Made by a program: the position numbers and the translations under genes. DNA of 64,000 nt, from the NCBI GenBank assembly GCA_965240325.2, contig OZ251222.1, forward strand, positions 4,774,001 through 4,838,000, written 5' to 3'. Under the pieces are notes generated by a model. That model worked only from the letters and a program-made list of their open reading frames with translations. It searched no databases and was not told the origin of the DNA. Origin of the DNA: Rebecca billardiae RCC1528 (Eukaryota > Protista > Haptophyta). How positions within the stretch are numbered: position 1 is the stretch's first letter; each line of letters opens with the position of its first letter. This document shows positions 23,401 through 35,972 of this stretch, one piece after another.

Positions 23401-26400
23401 CGACGGCGGCGGCGACGGGGGCGGCGGGCTCGGTGGCGGGCTCGGCGGTGGCGACGGTGGAGGGCTTGGCGGTGGCGAGGGCGGCGGTGGGCTCGGCGGC
23501 GGTGACGGTGGCGGGCTCGGCGGCGGCGACGGCGGCGGCGACGGGGGCGGTGGGCTCGGTGGCGGGCTCGGCGGTGGCGACGGTGGAGGGCTTGGAGGTG
23601 GCGAGGGCGGCGGTGGGCTTGGTGGCGGCGACGGTGGCGGGCTCGGTGGCGGGCTCGGCGGTGGGCTCGGTGGCGGGCTCGGCGGCGGCGATGGTGGCGG
23701 CGACGGGGGCGGTGGGCTCGGTGGCGGGCTTGGCGGTGGCGACGGTGGAGGGCTTGGCGGTGGCGAGGGCGGCGGTGGGCTTGGTGGCGGCGATGGTGGC
23801 GGCGACGGGGGCGGTGGGCTCGGTGGCGGGCTCGGCGGTGGCGACGGTGGAGGGCTTGGAGGTGGCGAGGGCGGCGGTGGGCTTGGAGGCGGCGACGGTG
23901 GCGGGCTCGGTGGCGGGCTCGGCGGTGGGCTCGGTGGCGGGCTCGGTGGCGGGCTCGGTGGCGGGCTCGGCGGTGGCGACGGTGGAGGGCTTGGCGGTGG
24001 TGAGGGCGGCGGCGGGCTTGGCGGCGGTGACGGCGGCGGGCTCGGCGGCGGCGACGGCGGCGGCGACGGGGGCGGCGGGCTCGGCGGCGGGCTCGGCGGC
24101 GGCGATGGTGGCGGGCTCGGCGGCGGTGATGGCGGCGGGCTCGGTGGTGGGCTCGGCGGCGGCGACGGGGGCGGCGACGGGGGCGGCGGGCTCGGTGGCG
24201 GGCTTGGCGGCGGCGAGGGCGGCGGGCTCGGCGGTGGCGAGGGCGGCGGGGGGCTTGGTGGCGGCGAGGGTGGCGGGCTCGGTGGCGGTGATGGCGGTGG
24301 CGAGGGCGGCGGGCTCGGCGGCGGCGATGGTGGCGGGCTCGGCGGCGGTGATGGCGGCGGGCTCGGTGGCGGGCTCGGCGGTGGCGACGGGGGCGGCGAC
24401 GGGGGCGGCGGGCTCGGTGGCGGGCTTGGCGGCGGCGACGGCGGCGGGCTCGGCGGTGGCGAGGGCGGCGGTGGGCTTGGTGGCGGCAACGGTGGCGGGC
24501 TCGGCGGCGGCGAGGGCGGCGGCGAGGGTGGCGGCGGGCTCGGTGGCGGGGATGGCGGTGGTGACGGTGGAGGGCTTGGCGGTGGCGAGGGCGGCGGTGG
24601 GCTTGGTGGCGGCGACGGCGGCGGGCTCGGTGGCGGTGACGGTGGCGGCGACGGGGGCGGCGGGCTCGGTGGCGGGCTTGGCGGCGGCGAGGGCGGCGGG
24701 CTTGGCGGTGGCGAGGGCGGCGGTGGGCTTGGTGGCGGCGAGGGTGGCGGGATCGGCGGCGGTGATGGTGGTGGGCTCGGCGGCGGGCTCGGCGGCGGCG
24801 ATGGTGGCGGGCTCGGCGGTGGTGATGGCGGCGGGCTCGGTGGCGGGCTCGGCGGCGGCGACGGCGGCGGCGATGGGGGCGGCGGGCTCGGTGGCGGGCT
24901 CGGTGGTGGCGACGGCGGCGGGCTTGGCGGTGGCGAGGGCGGCGGGGGGCTTGGTGGCGGCGACGGTGGCGGGCTCGGCGGCGGCGAGGGCGGCGGCGAG
25001 GGTGGCGGCGGGCTCGGTGGCGGGGATGGCGGTGGTGACGGTGGAGGGCTTGGCGGTGGCGAGGGCGGCGGTGGGCTTGGTGGCGGCGACGGCGGCGGGC
25101 TCGGTGGCGGTGACGGTGGCGGCGACGGGGGCGGCGGGCTCGGTGGCGGGCTTGGCGGCGGCGAGGGCGGCGGGCTTGGCGGTGGCGAGGGCGGCGGTGG
25201 GCTTGGTGGCGGCGAGGGTGGCGGGATCGGCGGCGGTGATGGTGGTGGGCTCGGTGGCGGGCTCGGCGGCGGCGATGGTGGCGGGCTCGGCGGCGGTGTT
25301 GGCGGCGGGCTCGGTGGCGGGCTTGGCGGCGGCGACGGGGGCGGCGACGGGGGCGGTGGGCTCGGTGGCGGGCTCGGCGGTGGCGACGGTGGAGGGCTTG
25401 GAGGTGGCGAGGGCGGCGGTGGGCTTGGAGGCGGCGACGGTGGCGGGCTCGGTGGCGGGCTCGGCGGTGGGCTCGGTGGCGGGCTCGGTGGCGGGCTCGG
25501 TGGCGGGCTCGGCGGTGGCGACGGTGGAGGGCTTGGCGGTGGTGAGGGCGGCGGCGGGCTTGGCGGCGGTGACGGCGGCGGGCTCGGCGGCGGCGACGGC
25601 GGCGGCGACGGGGGCGGCGGGCTCGGCGGCGGGCTCGGCGGCGGCGATGGTGGCGGGCTCGGCGGCGGTGATGGCGGCGGGCTCGGTGGTGGGCTCGGCG
25701 GCGGCGACGGGGGCGGCGACGGGGGCGGCGGGCTCGGTGGCGGGCTTGGCGGCGGCGAGGGCGGCGGGCTCGGCGGTGGCGAGGGCGGCGGGGGGCTTGG
25801 TGGCGGCGAGGGTGGCGGGCTCGGTGGCGGTGATGGCGGTGGCGAGGGCGGCGGGCTCGGCGGCGGCGATGGTGGCGGGCTCGGCGGCGGTGATGGCGGC
25901 GGGCTCGGTGGCGGGCTCGGCGGTGGCGACGGGGGCGGCGACGGGGGCGGCGGGCTCGGTGGCGGGCTTGGCGGCGGCGACGGCGGCGGGCTCGGCGGTG
26001 GCGAGGGCGGCGGTGGGCTTGGTGGCGGCAACGGTGGCGGGCTCGGCGGCGGCGAGGGCGGCGGCGAGGGTGGCGGCGGGCTCGGTGGCGGGGATGGCGG
26101 TGGTGACGGTGGAGGGCTTGGCGGTGGCGAGGGCGGCGGTGGGCTTGGTGGCGGCGACGGCGGCGGGCTCGGTGGCGGTGACGGTGGCGGCGACGGGGGC
26201 GGCGGGCTCGGTGGCGGGCTTGGCGGCGGCGAGGGCGGCGGGCTTGGCGGTGGCGAGGGCGGCGGTGGGCTTGGTGGCGGCGAGGGTGGCGGGATCGGCG
26301 GCGGTGATGGTGGTGGGCTCGGCGGCGGGCTCGGCGGCGGCGATGGTGGCGGGCTCGGCGGTGGTGATGGCGGCGGGCTCGGTGGCGGGCTCGGCGGCGG

Positions 26401-28791
26401 CGACGGCGGCGGCGATGGGGGCGGCGGGCTCGGTGGCGGGCTCGGTGGTGGCGACGGCGGCGGGCTTGGCGGTGGCGAGGGCGGCGGGGGGCTTGGTGGC
26501 GGCGACGGTGGCGGGCTCGGCGGCGGCGAGGGCGGCGGCGAGGGTGGCGGCGGGCTCGGTGGCGGGGATGGCGGTGGTGACGGTGGAGGGCTTGGCGGTG
26601 GCGAGGGCGGCGGTGGGCTTGGTGGCGGCGACGGCGGCGGGCTCGGTGGCGGTGACGGTGGCGGCGACGGGGGCGGCGGGCTCGGTGGCGGGCTTGGCGG
26701 CGGCGAGGGCGGCGGGCTTGGCGGTGGCGAGGGCGGCGGTGGGCTTGGTGGCGGCGAGGGTGGCGGGATCGGCGGCGGTGATGGTGGTGGGCTCGGTGGC
26801 GGGCTCGGCGGCGGCGATGGTGGCGGGCTCGGCGGCGGTGTTGGCGGCGGGCTCGGTGGCGGGCTTGGCGGCGGCGACGGGGGCGGCGACGGTGGCGGCG
26901 GGCTCGGTGGCGGGCTCGGCGGTGGCGACGGTGGAGGGCTCGGCGGTGGCGAGGGCGGCGGCGGGCTTGGTGGCGGCGACGGTGGCGGCCTTGGTGGCGG
27001 TGATGGCGGCGGGCTCGGCGGCGGCGACGGCGGCGGGCTCGGTGGCGGGCTTGGCGGCGGGCTCGGCGGCGGGCTCGGTGGCGGGCTCGGCGGCGGTGAT
27101 GGCGGCGGGCTCGGCGGCGGGCTCGGGGGCGGCGACGGTGGCGGCGACGGTGGTGGCGGGCTCGGTGGCGGGCTCGGTGGCGGTGACGGCGGCGGGCTCG
27201 GCGGTGGTGACGGCGGCGGGCTTGGCGGCGGGCTTGGCGGCGGGCTCGGCGGCGGGCTCGGCGGCGGTGATGGCGGTGGGCTCGGCGGCGGTGATGGCGG
27301 CGGGCTCGGTGGCGAGCTCGGTGGCGGCGACGGTGGCGGTGACGGGGGCGGCGGGCTCGGTGGCGGGCTCGGCGGTGGTGACGGCGGAGGGCTCGGCGGT
27401 GGCGAAGGCGGCGGCGGGCTTGGTGGCGGCGATGGTGGCGGGCTCGGTGGCGGTGACGGCGGTGGGCTCGGCGGCGGCGACGGCGGCGGGCTTGGTGGGG
27501 GGCTCGGCGGCGGGCTTGGCGGCGGTGATGGCGGCGGGCTCGGCGGCGGTGATGGCGGCGGGCTCGGTGGAGGGCTCGGTGGCGGCGACGGGGGCGGCGA
27601 CGGGGGCGGGGGGCTCGGTGGCGGGCTCGGTGGTGGTGACGGTGGCGGGCTTGGCGGTGGCGAGGGTGGCGGCGGGCTTGGTGGCGGCGATGGTGGTGGG
27701 CTCGGTGGCGGGGATGGTGGTGGGCTCGGCGGCGGGGATGGCGGTGGTGACGGTGGCGGTGAGGGCGGCGGCGATGGCGGCGGTGAAGGCGGCGGCGATG
27801 GCGGCGGGCGCGGTGGCGGTGGCGATGGGGGTGGGCTCGGTGGCGGCGAGGGCGGCGGGCTCGGCGGGGGCGAGGGCGGCGGTGAGGGCGGCGGCGAGGG
27901 CGGTGGAGGGCTGGGGGGTGGCGATGGCGGTGGCGATGGCGGCGGCGATGGCGGCGGCGATGGCGGCAGCAAGGGCGGCGGCGAGGGCGGCGGCGCCGGC
28001 GGCGAAGGCGGGGGCGACATCCCAGGCAAGGGCGTGTACGGAATGTACCCGTACCCGTCCCCGTCAGTAATTGGAGCACCGCCGCCGCTGGTCTGCAGCC
28101 GACGGCGCGTTGCAGCCTGTGCCGGGAGCGGCGCCACCAGCGCTGGCGCTCGCGGCGGGCCCGATGGCGGGCAGCTTGGGAGCACGGCCGTTCGGCCGCT
28201 CCCCAGCGTGAGTCTGCCGCCGCAGACGCCGCTGTTCGCCGCCGCCACCGCGTCGAGCGCGCGCACCCCCAGCAGGCTGGGCGGCAGCGCCCCGCCCAGC
28301 CCCGGGCAGTCGTGCACGCGCAGCTCGTGCAGCGCGCTCAGACGCCCGAGCTCGGTGGGGAGCGTGCCAGCCATCGAGGTGAACGCGATCGAGAGCCGCG
28401 TCAGCGCTGTGAGCTTGCCCAGCTCCGTCGGCACCGCGCCCGTGAGCGGGTTGAGCGCGAGGTCCACGTCCTGCACGCGCGACATGCGCCCGAGCTCGGT
28501 CGGGAGCGTGCCCGTGAGGTCGTTGTCCGCCAGGTGGAAGGAGGTGACCGCGGTCAGGTGCCCGATGCTCGTCGGGATCGTTCCGCACGGCCTGCCCACA
28601 TGGCCGCCGCCGCCGTTCGTCTCGTCGAGACCGCTGTCGATCCAAACCGTCAGGCAGCCGCTGCCTCCAACAGCGCACGCGCTCCACGAGCCGAGCTTGG
28701 TGAGCGGGGTGTTGCACTGCGCGACGACCCGCGGTACAAGCGCTAGCCCCGCGACGAGTGCGGCCAGGAGATGCGCCCTGCACCGCCACAT
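13378..28791 (-). CDS. Giant cell-surface polycystin-1/REJ-like protein: signal peptide, LRRs, (SP3-4)n stalk, IPT/TIG, REJ, EGF, GAIN/GPS, TM helices, EF-hand pair
   Basis: One open frame of ~5,137 aa from MWRCRAHLLAALVAGLALV. It has plant-type LRRs (LADNDLTGTLPTELGRM), IPT (SPAAGPAAGGTSVAVLGEG), REJ (VNRPPYGG...WTDDDPEDLPLSYAF), GPS (CACTHLTDFA) and EF-hand loops DTDGDGTIG and DLNGDLRLDEVE. Confidence 0.85.
21362..28015 (-). repeat. ~6.6-kb coding minisatellite of Ser-Pro3/Ser-Pro4 (extensin/pherophorin-like)
   Basis: Continuous 12/15-bp units such as ggcgggctcggc. Confidence 0.97.
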
Positions 28792-29230
28792 GCGCGACGA
28801 TCCGTCGACGCGCCTGCCCACAGCAGCAAGCTTTGGTGTCCCCATTCGGTTTGCACACTTCATCTATTTTTAACTTACCCTGAGCTCGAGTTCCCAGCCC
28901 ATATTCGCTAAATAGGACGATGTTGGTGCGCGACTACGGCGCGAAGCGTGGTTTATTCGTATGTGGTTTAACGACTGGGTATGTATGCAACGGCGGGAAC
29001 GAATATGCCGATTTACTTTCATACGGATTGACGGGCAGAAAGATTCCACAAGAGAGGAAAAACTCAAAAAGAGTCCGCACGCGCACGGCTCGGCAGTGCG
29101 CGCCCCGAGTCGCCGAGCGGGTTGGAGGCGTCGTTCCCGTCTGAATAAACGAGACGAGTCGGTCCAGACCATGCTGCGCTGTGTCCAGACCGCGTCTCTA
29201 GCGCCATCCCGGACGCCGAGCCCCCCGCTC

Positions 29231-29994
29231 TCACTGCCCTTCCCCGTCCTCCGAGTCCTCGTCCCCCGAGTCGTCGTCCGAGAGCGCCTGCAGGTCCCGC
29301 TCGAGGTCCTGCTTCCACTCGGACAGCCCGTCCAGCTCCTCTTCGTTGAACAGGCCCTCCACGGCGCGCAGGCGCTCGGCGGGGCTGCGGGGCGGCGCGG
29401 GCAGCTGCTCAGGGGCCGCACTGCCGCCCGGCGCCGCGCCACGCCCGACCGGTGCGTCGGCTGCGTCGGCAGGCGGTGAGCTGCCGCGCGCGCCCTCGGC
29501 GGGTGCGCCCTGCTCGCCCTGCTCCTGCTCCTTGCCCGCCTGTGCGCCCGGGGGTGGCGCGCGCGCTCAGCGGCACTCGCTCGGGTGCGCAGCGGCGCGC
29601 GCGGCGCGGGCGAACGGGCCCGTACCTGCCACATGCGCGACGCGTCCGCCGCGCTCAGCACCGGCGGCCCGCCCTCGAACGCGTACGGCGCTCGCCTGCG
29701 CAGCTTGGCCATGGCGGAGTCGCACACGCGCTCAACCGGCGCACTGCCGCACTCGCGCTCGCACGCGTGCACGAGCATGAGCACGTCGAAGAGGATGTCT
29801 CCGAGCTCTGCGGTCAGCTTCTCCGGCCCGCCACCGCTCTGCCCGTCGATGATCTCCTCCGCCTCGACGAGCTCCTTGCGCGTGAACTCGAGCATGTCGC
29901 GCGCGCTCTGCGCCTGCGTCCACGGGCACACGGCCTGCAGGCGCGCGACGACGGCCGCGAGCTCGAGGAGGCGCGCTGTGCCACCGCCCACCAT
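29231..29994 (-). CDS. mazG: MazG-family nucleoside triphosphate pyrophosphohydrolase (intron 29540-29625)
   Basis: LAAVVARLQAVCPWTQAQS...ELVEAEE...ELGDILFDVLM...KLRRRAPYAF. Splicing adds an acidic tail. Confidence 0.85.
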
Positions 29995-30238
29995 GCCGCG
30001 ACGCGCTCGCTCCCGACCGCGAGGCTCGTGCGCCCGCGGACCGCCTGCACGCGACGGCCGCGACGCGCGGACCAACCGCCCGGGCCCGCGACTTTCACTT
30101 CTTTTGGTGCCACGGTCGCTTGCGCTTCACGGCCAGTCCGGGGCGGCGCGCGCCCGCGCTGGCTCCGCAGGCCGCGCGCAGGACTGTTGGCCGAGACTCG
30201 CGCTGGGCGCGGGAGCTCCGTCGGCGTCCCGAAGCGCG

Positions 30239-31754
30239 ATGGAGGTGGGGAGCAGCAGTAGCGCCAACGTGCCGCTGCTGGCGGCGGTCGAGGCCCCGCC
30301 GGACGCCAGCGCGCCGCCGCCGCGCGCGGCCGAGCCCGCCACGTCCGACGCCGGCGTTTGCGCCGTGTTCGCCGTGCACTTCCACCCGACCTCGGGCCAC
30401 ACGCTCGAGTGGCAGCACCCGGAGGGGCTCGAGCTGGCGGGCGTCGAGTTCAAGGCGATGGCGTCCGGGCAGCACGCGCTGGAGACGGACTACGTCTACT
30501 TCCGGCACGGCGAGCTCTTCGGCCTCGCCGCCTTCCACAACCACGCCAGCGCCGACCCGACCGAGCGGCACGCGCGCATGCGCTCTGTGGGCGTGCTGGG
30601 CGCAGACTTCAGAGGGCTGCACGCGCACCTGCCCGAGCTGGAGGCGGCGGCGCGCGGGCTGAACGCGCGCCCGCGGCAGTACGACGCGCTGCTCGCGCTG
30701 TACGCGCACGCCTCGCGCGCGCCCGCCCCGCCGCTCGCGCCGCAGCTCTCCCCCCTCGCCCCCCCCGCCTCCGCGGTCGGGCCGCTCGCGCCGCTTGTGG
30801 ACAGCCTGGGCGATGGCGTGTTCGTGCTCTGGAAGGCGGCGCTGCTGCGCATGCGCGTGCTGCTGTACGGCACGCCGCCGGTGGGCGCGCTGTGCTCGCG
30901 CGCGCTCGCGGCGCTGCACCTGCTCGCCACCGCCACGCTCGACGCGCGCGCGCTGCTCCCCAAGCCGCGCGCCGCCGCGCGCTTCTGCGTCTCTGTCGCG
31001 GACGCGGACGCGCTGGCAGCCGAGGGCGCGCGCGCCGGCTATGTGGCGTGCACGGTCGACGGGGTGTGTGCGCGGGGCGCGCGGCGGGGAGGCCTGGGCG
31101 TGGCGCCGCGCGCGCGGCGGCGCGCGTGGCGCGCTGACGCGCGCTGCGCCGCGCCGCGCCCGCCCCCGCGCGCGCTTCTCCGCCGCTCCCCCCCCACCCG
31201 GCTGCGCCGCGCGCCCGTGTGCGCGTGTGCGTGTGCGTGCGCGCGTGCGTGCGCGAATGTGCCGCCCGCTGCCGCCCGCTGCGCCGCCTCAGGTGCTCAC
31301 CTCCAAGCACCAGCTGTGGGACGTGCTCGTCGACGGGGCGAGCGTGCGCGTGAGCGGGCCGGCGGCGAGCCTGCTCGCCGTCACCAGCGTCGACCGCAGC
31401 CGCCTGCGCTACCTCGCCAGCCTGCGTGAGTCACTGTTCAGCGTGCGGCCGGCGGCGGGCGCGGAGCAGGCGGAGGGCGCGGGCGCGCGCGCGCGGTACG
31501 AGCGAGTGCTGCGCGGCTTCTTCTGCCGGCTCAACGACACGCTGCTGGGCGCGCTCGCCGAGAAGGCGCGCGGCGCGCCAAAGGGCGCACGCGCCGCGCG
31601 CACGCGCGTCGTCGACGTGGGCGAGCTCGGGCTGGACCCGCCGGACGCGCCGTTCGTCTCGAGGCTGGCCGCGCTGGGCGGGCTGCCGCTCGAGGTGCGC
31701 GCGGCGCGCTGCACGTGCATGTGCTGCCACCGGCTGCTCTGCCGCTGCGGCTGA
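30239..31754 (+). CDS. DENND11/LCHN-like DENN protein (intron 31064-31292)
   Basis: FAVHFHPTSGHTLEW...GVEFKAMASGQH...DYVYF...ERHARMRSVGVL and FVLWKAALLRMRVLLY. Confidence 0.8.
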
Positions 31755-31887
31755 CGCGCTGGTGATGACGACGATACTGCTACTGCTGTCGTCATCACTT
31801 GACTCGCGGCACTGCACTTTGGAATCCTAGCGGCTATAGCCTGAGTAGCCGCCTACGAGTGCACTTTGGAATCCTAGCGCCTACAAG

Positions 31888-31973
31888 TATTAATATATAT
31901 ATATTCATCATCAGGGCACCTACGAGTCGCTGACCGACTGCCCTGATGATGAATATATATATATATATTAATA
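31888..31973. repeat. AT-rich intergenic hairpin/inverted repeat
   Basis: tattaatatatatatattcatcatcagggca, a 20-nt loop, then tgccctgatgatgaatatatatatatatattaata. Confidence 0.75.
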
Positions 31974-32241
31974 ATAAATAATTAAATAATATAAGTAGTA
32001 CGTATTATATGCTTTTGAAAAAGAATACGGTAACGATCACACAGGGCCACTAGGCACTACCGACTCCCGGGTCGCACGCGTGACAGTCGTGATGACACTG
32101 CTGCCTCACTCAGCAGCGCAGATATATTGCTGCTGATATAATCATCGGCTGAGGACGATGCATCGTATGATCGTCATCGCTTTGCACGCGAGTCGAGTGA
32201 TGATCGATGTCTGAGCAGGCTCGTCGCGCCGCCGCCAGGCG

Positions 32242-33873
32242 TCATCCCGGCACGCGGCCGCGCTGCTGCGACTGCGCCGGCTGCCGCACTGCGACTGTCG
32301 GTCTCGTCGTCCCGCTGGCGGCGCGCTGCGCCTCCGGCTCCGCCGCCGGCTGCTGGCGCGGGGCGCTCGGCCGCACTTTCCCCTGCAGCACGGTCACGAT
32401 GCCGTCCCTGAACTCCCGGCGCGTCCACGAGCGCGTGATGAAGTGGAAGGCGAGGAAGTGCGGCTTGGTGGTGAAGGAGTGCATGTGCACCGCGTCCTGG
32501 AACGTGGACTGCGGCAGCCCGACCAGCCCGTCGGTGAGCGAGGCGAGGTAGTGGTCGAGCACGATGCGCGTCCAGCCGCCGCCCGGGTCCCTGCCGCGCG
32601 CGCACGGCAGCCAGTTGCCGCGCGAGTCCTTGCCCGAGCACGCCTGCGCGTACGAGTTGTGCGCGAACACGCCGCGCGTCTGCACCACGTGGCCCCTGAG
32701 CTGCGCGGACGCGCGCACGTACTGCATCAGCGCGGGCGTGTCCGACATGACGAAGAGGCCCCAGCGCACACCGCGCGCGCCGCCGCCGCCGTCGGGCCCG
32801 CCGCCGGGCGCGCCCGCGTGCGGCTGCTGTGGGCGCGCGTACCACGCGGGCGAGACGAGGGCGGAGGCGTTGGGAGGCGGGGTGCCCGCGCGGCCGTGCT
32901 GCCACCACGGCCGGCCCGCGCCCAGCGCCGCCGGCTCGAGCCCGCGCGCGAGCGTGTGCGCCATCCGCCCCGCGCACGTGAGCGCGCGCGCGATCGGCCC
33001 GTTGGCCGCGGTCACCACCGCGAACGCGGCCTCGGCGCTGCCGTCGCCGCACGCGGCCGGGTGCTCGTAGAAGCGGTCGTCGAGGTGGTCGCGCGCGTGC
33101 CGCGGGTCGGTCACGCTGTGCAGCGCGCACGGCGCCGCCACCTCGAGGTACGCCTTGCTCTCGCACTCGCGCAGCAGCGCCTCGATCCCGTCCACGAACG
33201 CCGCCTCGTCCCAGCGCGACACGTCGGGCGGCGCGTACCGAGAGGCCACCTGCCTCTCCCACGACGAGTGCGGCGCGCCCGCAAAGTCGACGTACCGGCT
33301 GCGGAAGTGCACGGTGACCACCGCGTCGAACGCGTCGAGCGCCGCGAGGTACGGCTCGAGCGTCGCGCGGAAGCCGGCCGTCGGCGCGAGCCAGCCGTAG
33401 TAGGGGCACGCCGCCAGCCGCGGCACGCCCTGCCCCTGGTAGCCGTCCGAGCAGTCCGCGCGCAGCCGGCGGCGCATCGGAGCAAACATGGCCGAGTCGA
33501 GCTGCGCGATGCGGTCGATGTACAGCCAGGGCGCGGCCGCGGCGGAGCCCGCGCCCGTGAGCCACGCGTACGTGTCGTTCATGCACATCGGGTAGTGGCA
33601 CCGCCCGCCCACGCCAAAGCGCGTCGGCGTCGTGCAGCCCGGGTGGGGCGCGGCCAGCAGCGCGCTCACCTGCGCGCTCGTGTAGTTGCAGTAGTGCGCG
33701 CGCGTCTCGCGCACGCCGCGCGCGCGCATGGCGGCGTGCACGCGCGCGCGCGTCGCCGTCGACCACTGCCAGCGCACGCCGCCAAAGCCCTCGAGGTACT
33801 CGCCCAGGTCGAACTGGCAGTCGCCACCCTCGCCCGCCGCGCCGCCCGGCGAGCGGCGCCGCAGCAGGTCCCA

Positions 33874-33905
<32 letters not shown>

Positions 33906-34869
33906 GCTCGGCCGCGCGCGCGGCGCGCCGGTCGAGCGAGCAGTCGGAGAGGTAGAGGAAGGTGGCACGGCCGAGCGCGACGCCGAGGCGCAGCATGTCC
34001 ACCCAGCGCGGCAGCGAGTTGCCCAGCCCGTTCCACTTGGCGTCCCGCAGGTCGAGCACCAGCACGGCGGGCAGCTGCGCGTACAGCGCAGGGATGGACA
34101 GCGCCCCGGCCGCGGTGGGCCCGGCCGCGGTGGGCCCGGCCGCGGTGGGCCCGGCCGCGGTGGAGGCCGAGGGAGGCGAAAGGGGGGCCCACGCCGCGTG
34201 CTCGCACGGGCAGCGCAGCCGCCACAGCTCGTCCTGCCGCCGGATCCAGCGCGAGGGCTCGTGCGGGGGCGCGGCCGCGGCGGCCGCGCCGCTGGGCCGA
34301 GCGCTCGCCGCTCGCGCGCGCGGCCCCGACGGGGACTGGCGCACACGGACACCCACGCCCGCGGGAGCGCCGGCGGCGACGCTCGGGGCGGCGGCTGCCG
34401 GCGGCGCGCGCGCGCGCGCGCCGCCAGCGCGGGCAAAGCCGCGCCCGTCGGCGCCGCTGGTGGCGGCACTCGCGTCGGCGGAGCCTTGGCTGCCCCCGCG
34501 TGCCGGCGCACGCGTCGGCTGGCCAGGCACCCCGTGCTCGGCTGGCCCGCTGCGGCCGCTCTCCGCCCGCGGCGGCGCCGGGGCGGCCGCCGCGCGCGAG
34601 CCGCCCGCGGCTGCGGCGGCGCCGGAAGCGCCGGCTTGGCTCGGCTCCGCACGGGGGCTGGGAGCGGCGTGTGCAGCGGGCTGCACGCGAGCGGGTGCGG
34701 GGTCGAGGCGCGGCACGCGCGCGTGCTCTGCGCCTGGCGCGAGCGCGCTTGCCTGCGCGCGCGGCAACCGCCACTCCCCGGTCGAGGGCCTGCGCACAAG
34801 CTGCACGCCCATCAAGCACGCGAGCAGCACCGACGTGCCCGCCAGAGCGATGCACATCGAGCGCGACAT
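32242..34869 (-). CDS. Type II membrane glycosyltransferase, fucosyltransferase-like (GT-B)
   Basis: N-terminal TM and Pro/Ala stem, followed by GLGN, VHFRS, LFVMSD and DHYLASLTD...STF motifs in the order typical of fucosyltransferases. Confidence 0.6.
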
Positions 34870-35006
34870 GCGCAATCACTCCGCGAGCCACGCGCTCTCA
34901 GGGGAGGGCGGCCACCGACGCCATCATCTTGGGCTCGAATAAGGCGGGCCGGACCGGGACCGGACCGCCCAAGCGAGCGCTGATCGCGCGCGCTTTCGTC
35001 CAGGTC

Positions 35007-35972
35007 ATGGCGTCTGGACCCGCAGACGCACCCGCCGCGGCGCCCGCGGCGCCCGCGGAGCCCAAGCTGTGGGAGGACGAGCCGGACGAGTTCGCGCAGT
35101 TCCGGGGGCGCGTGGAGCGCTCGTACATCTTCGAGGAGCGCCTCGACGCCGGCCGCCGCCTCAAGGAGGCGGGTAACGCGATGCTGAACGACGGCGACTA
35201 CGAGGACGCGAGCGCCAAGTACGAGGAGGGGCTGTACCACCTCGACTTCGACGAGTTCCAGCGGATGGAGCTGCTCGACGAGCACCGCGAGGCGCTGATG
35301 AGCGTGCGCGCCCCGCTGCTCCTCAACAGCGTGCTCTGCGCGCTCCGCATGAACACGGCCGACCAGACGCGCCGGCTGACGGTCGCGGAGGCGCGCTGCG
35401 ACGAGGTGCTCAGGCACGACGCGCAGTCGAGCAAGGCGCGGTTCCGCCGCGCGCAGCTGCACTCGCGCGCGGGGGAGGACGAGAAGGCGAAGGCGATGCT
35501 CGAGGCGCTCTGCCGCGCGCACCCCTCCGAGCGCGCCTTCCGCGCCGAGCTCGCCGCCGTGCACGAGCGGCTGCGCGCGGCGCGGCGCGACACGGCGAGC
35601 TTCTGGTCGGAGGCGATGCGCAAGCAGGCGGAGCGGGCGGGCGGGGAGGGCGCGGACGTGGAGGGCGGCGGCGGGGCCACCTCGGCGGCCGAGGAGCCGT
35701 GCATCACGCACGGCCTCGGGCCGCTCGCGCGCTCGCAGCGCGCCCGGCTGGCGGGCGCCGCGGGCAAGGCCGGCCGCGCCGACAGCGCGGCCGTCTGGCT
35801 GGGCGGGCCGCTCGGCCCGCTGCTCGGCGCGCTGCGCGGCCTCGTCGACGTGGGCACGGCGGTGTGGGAATGGTGGGGCTCGATGCTCTGGGCATCGACC
35901 GTGCCGGGAGCGGCCACCCCGGCGGAGCCATTGTTCGGCGAGCACGCCGACGCCGCGAGCAAGAGCAGATGA
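35007..35972 (+). CDS. TPR-repeat protein (FKBP/cyclophilin-type TPR)
   Basis: LKEAGNAMLNDGDYEDASAKYEEGL...LLNSVLCAL...SKARFRRAQ. Confidence 0.8.
   Translation: MASGPADAPAAAPAAPAEPKLWEDEPDEFAQFRGRVERSYIFEERLDAGRRLKEAGNAMLNDGDYEDASAKYEEGLYHLDFDEFQRMELLDEHREALMSVRAPLLLNSVLCALRMNTADQTRRLTVAEARCDEVLRHDAQSSKARFRRAQLHSRAGEDEKAKAMLEALCRAHPSERAFRAELAAVHERLRAARRDTASFWSEAMRKQAERAGGEGADVEGGGGATSAAEEPCITHGLGPLARSQRARLAGAAGKAGRADSAAVWLGGPLGPLLGALRGLVDVGTAVWEWWGSMLWASTVPGAATPAEPLFGEHADAASKSR

Noticed and set aside
20834-28873. 2679-aa Gly-rich, 1793-aa Ala-rich and 2369-aa Arg/His-rich ORFs
   Set aside because: These are antisense or alternate-frame shadows of the stop-free Ser-Pro array.
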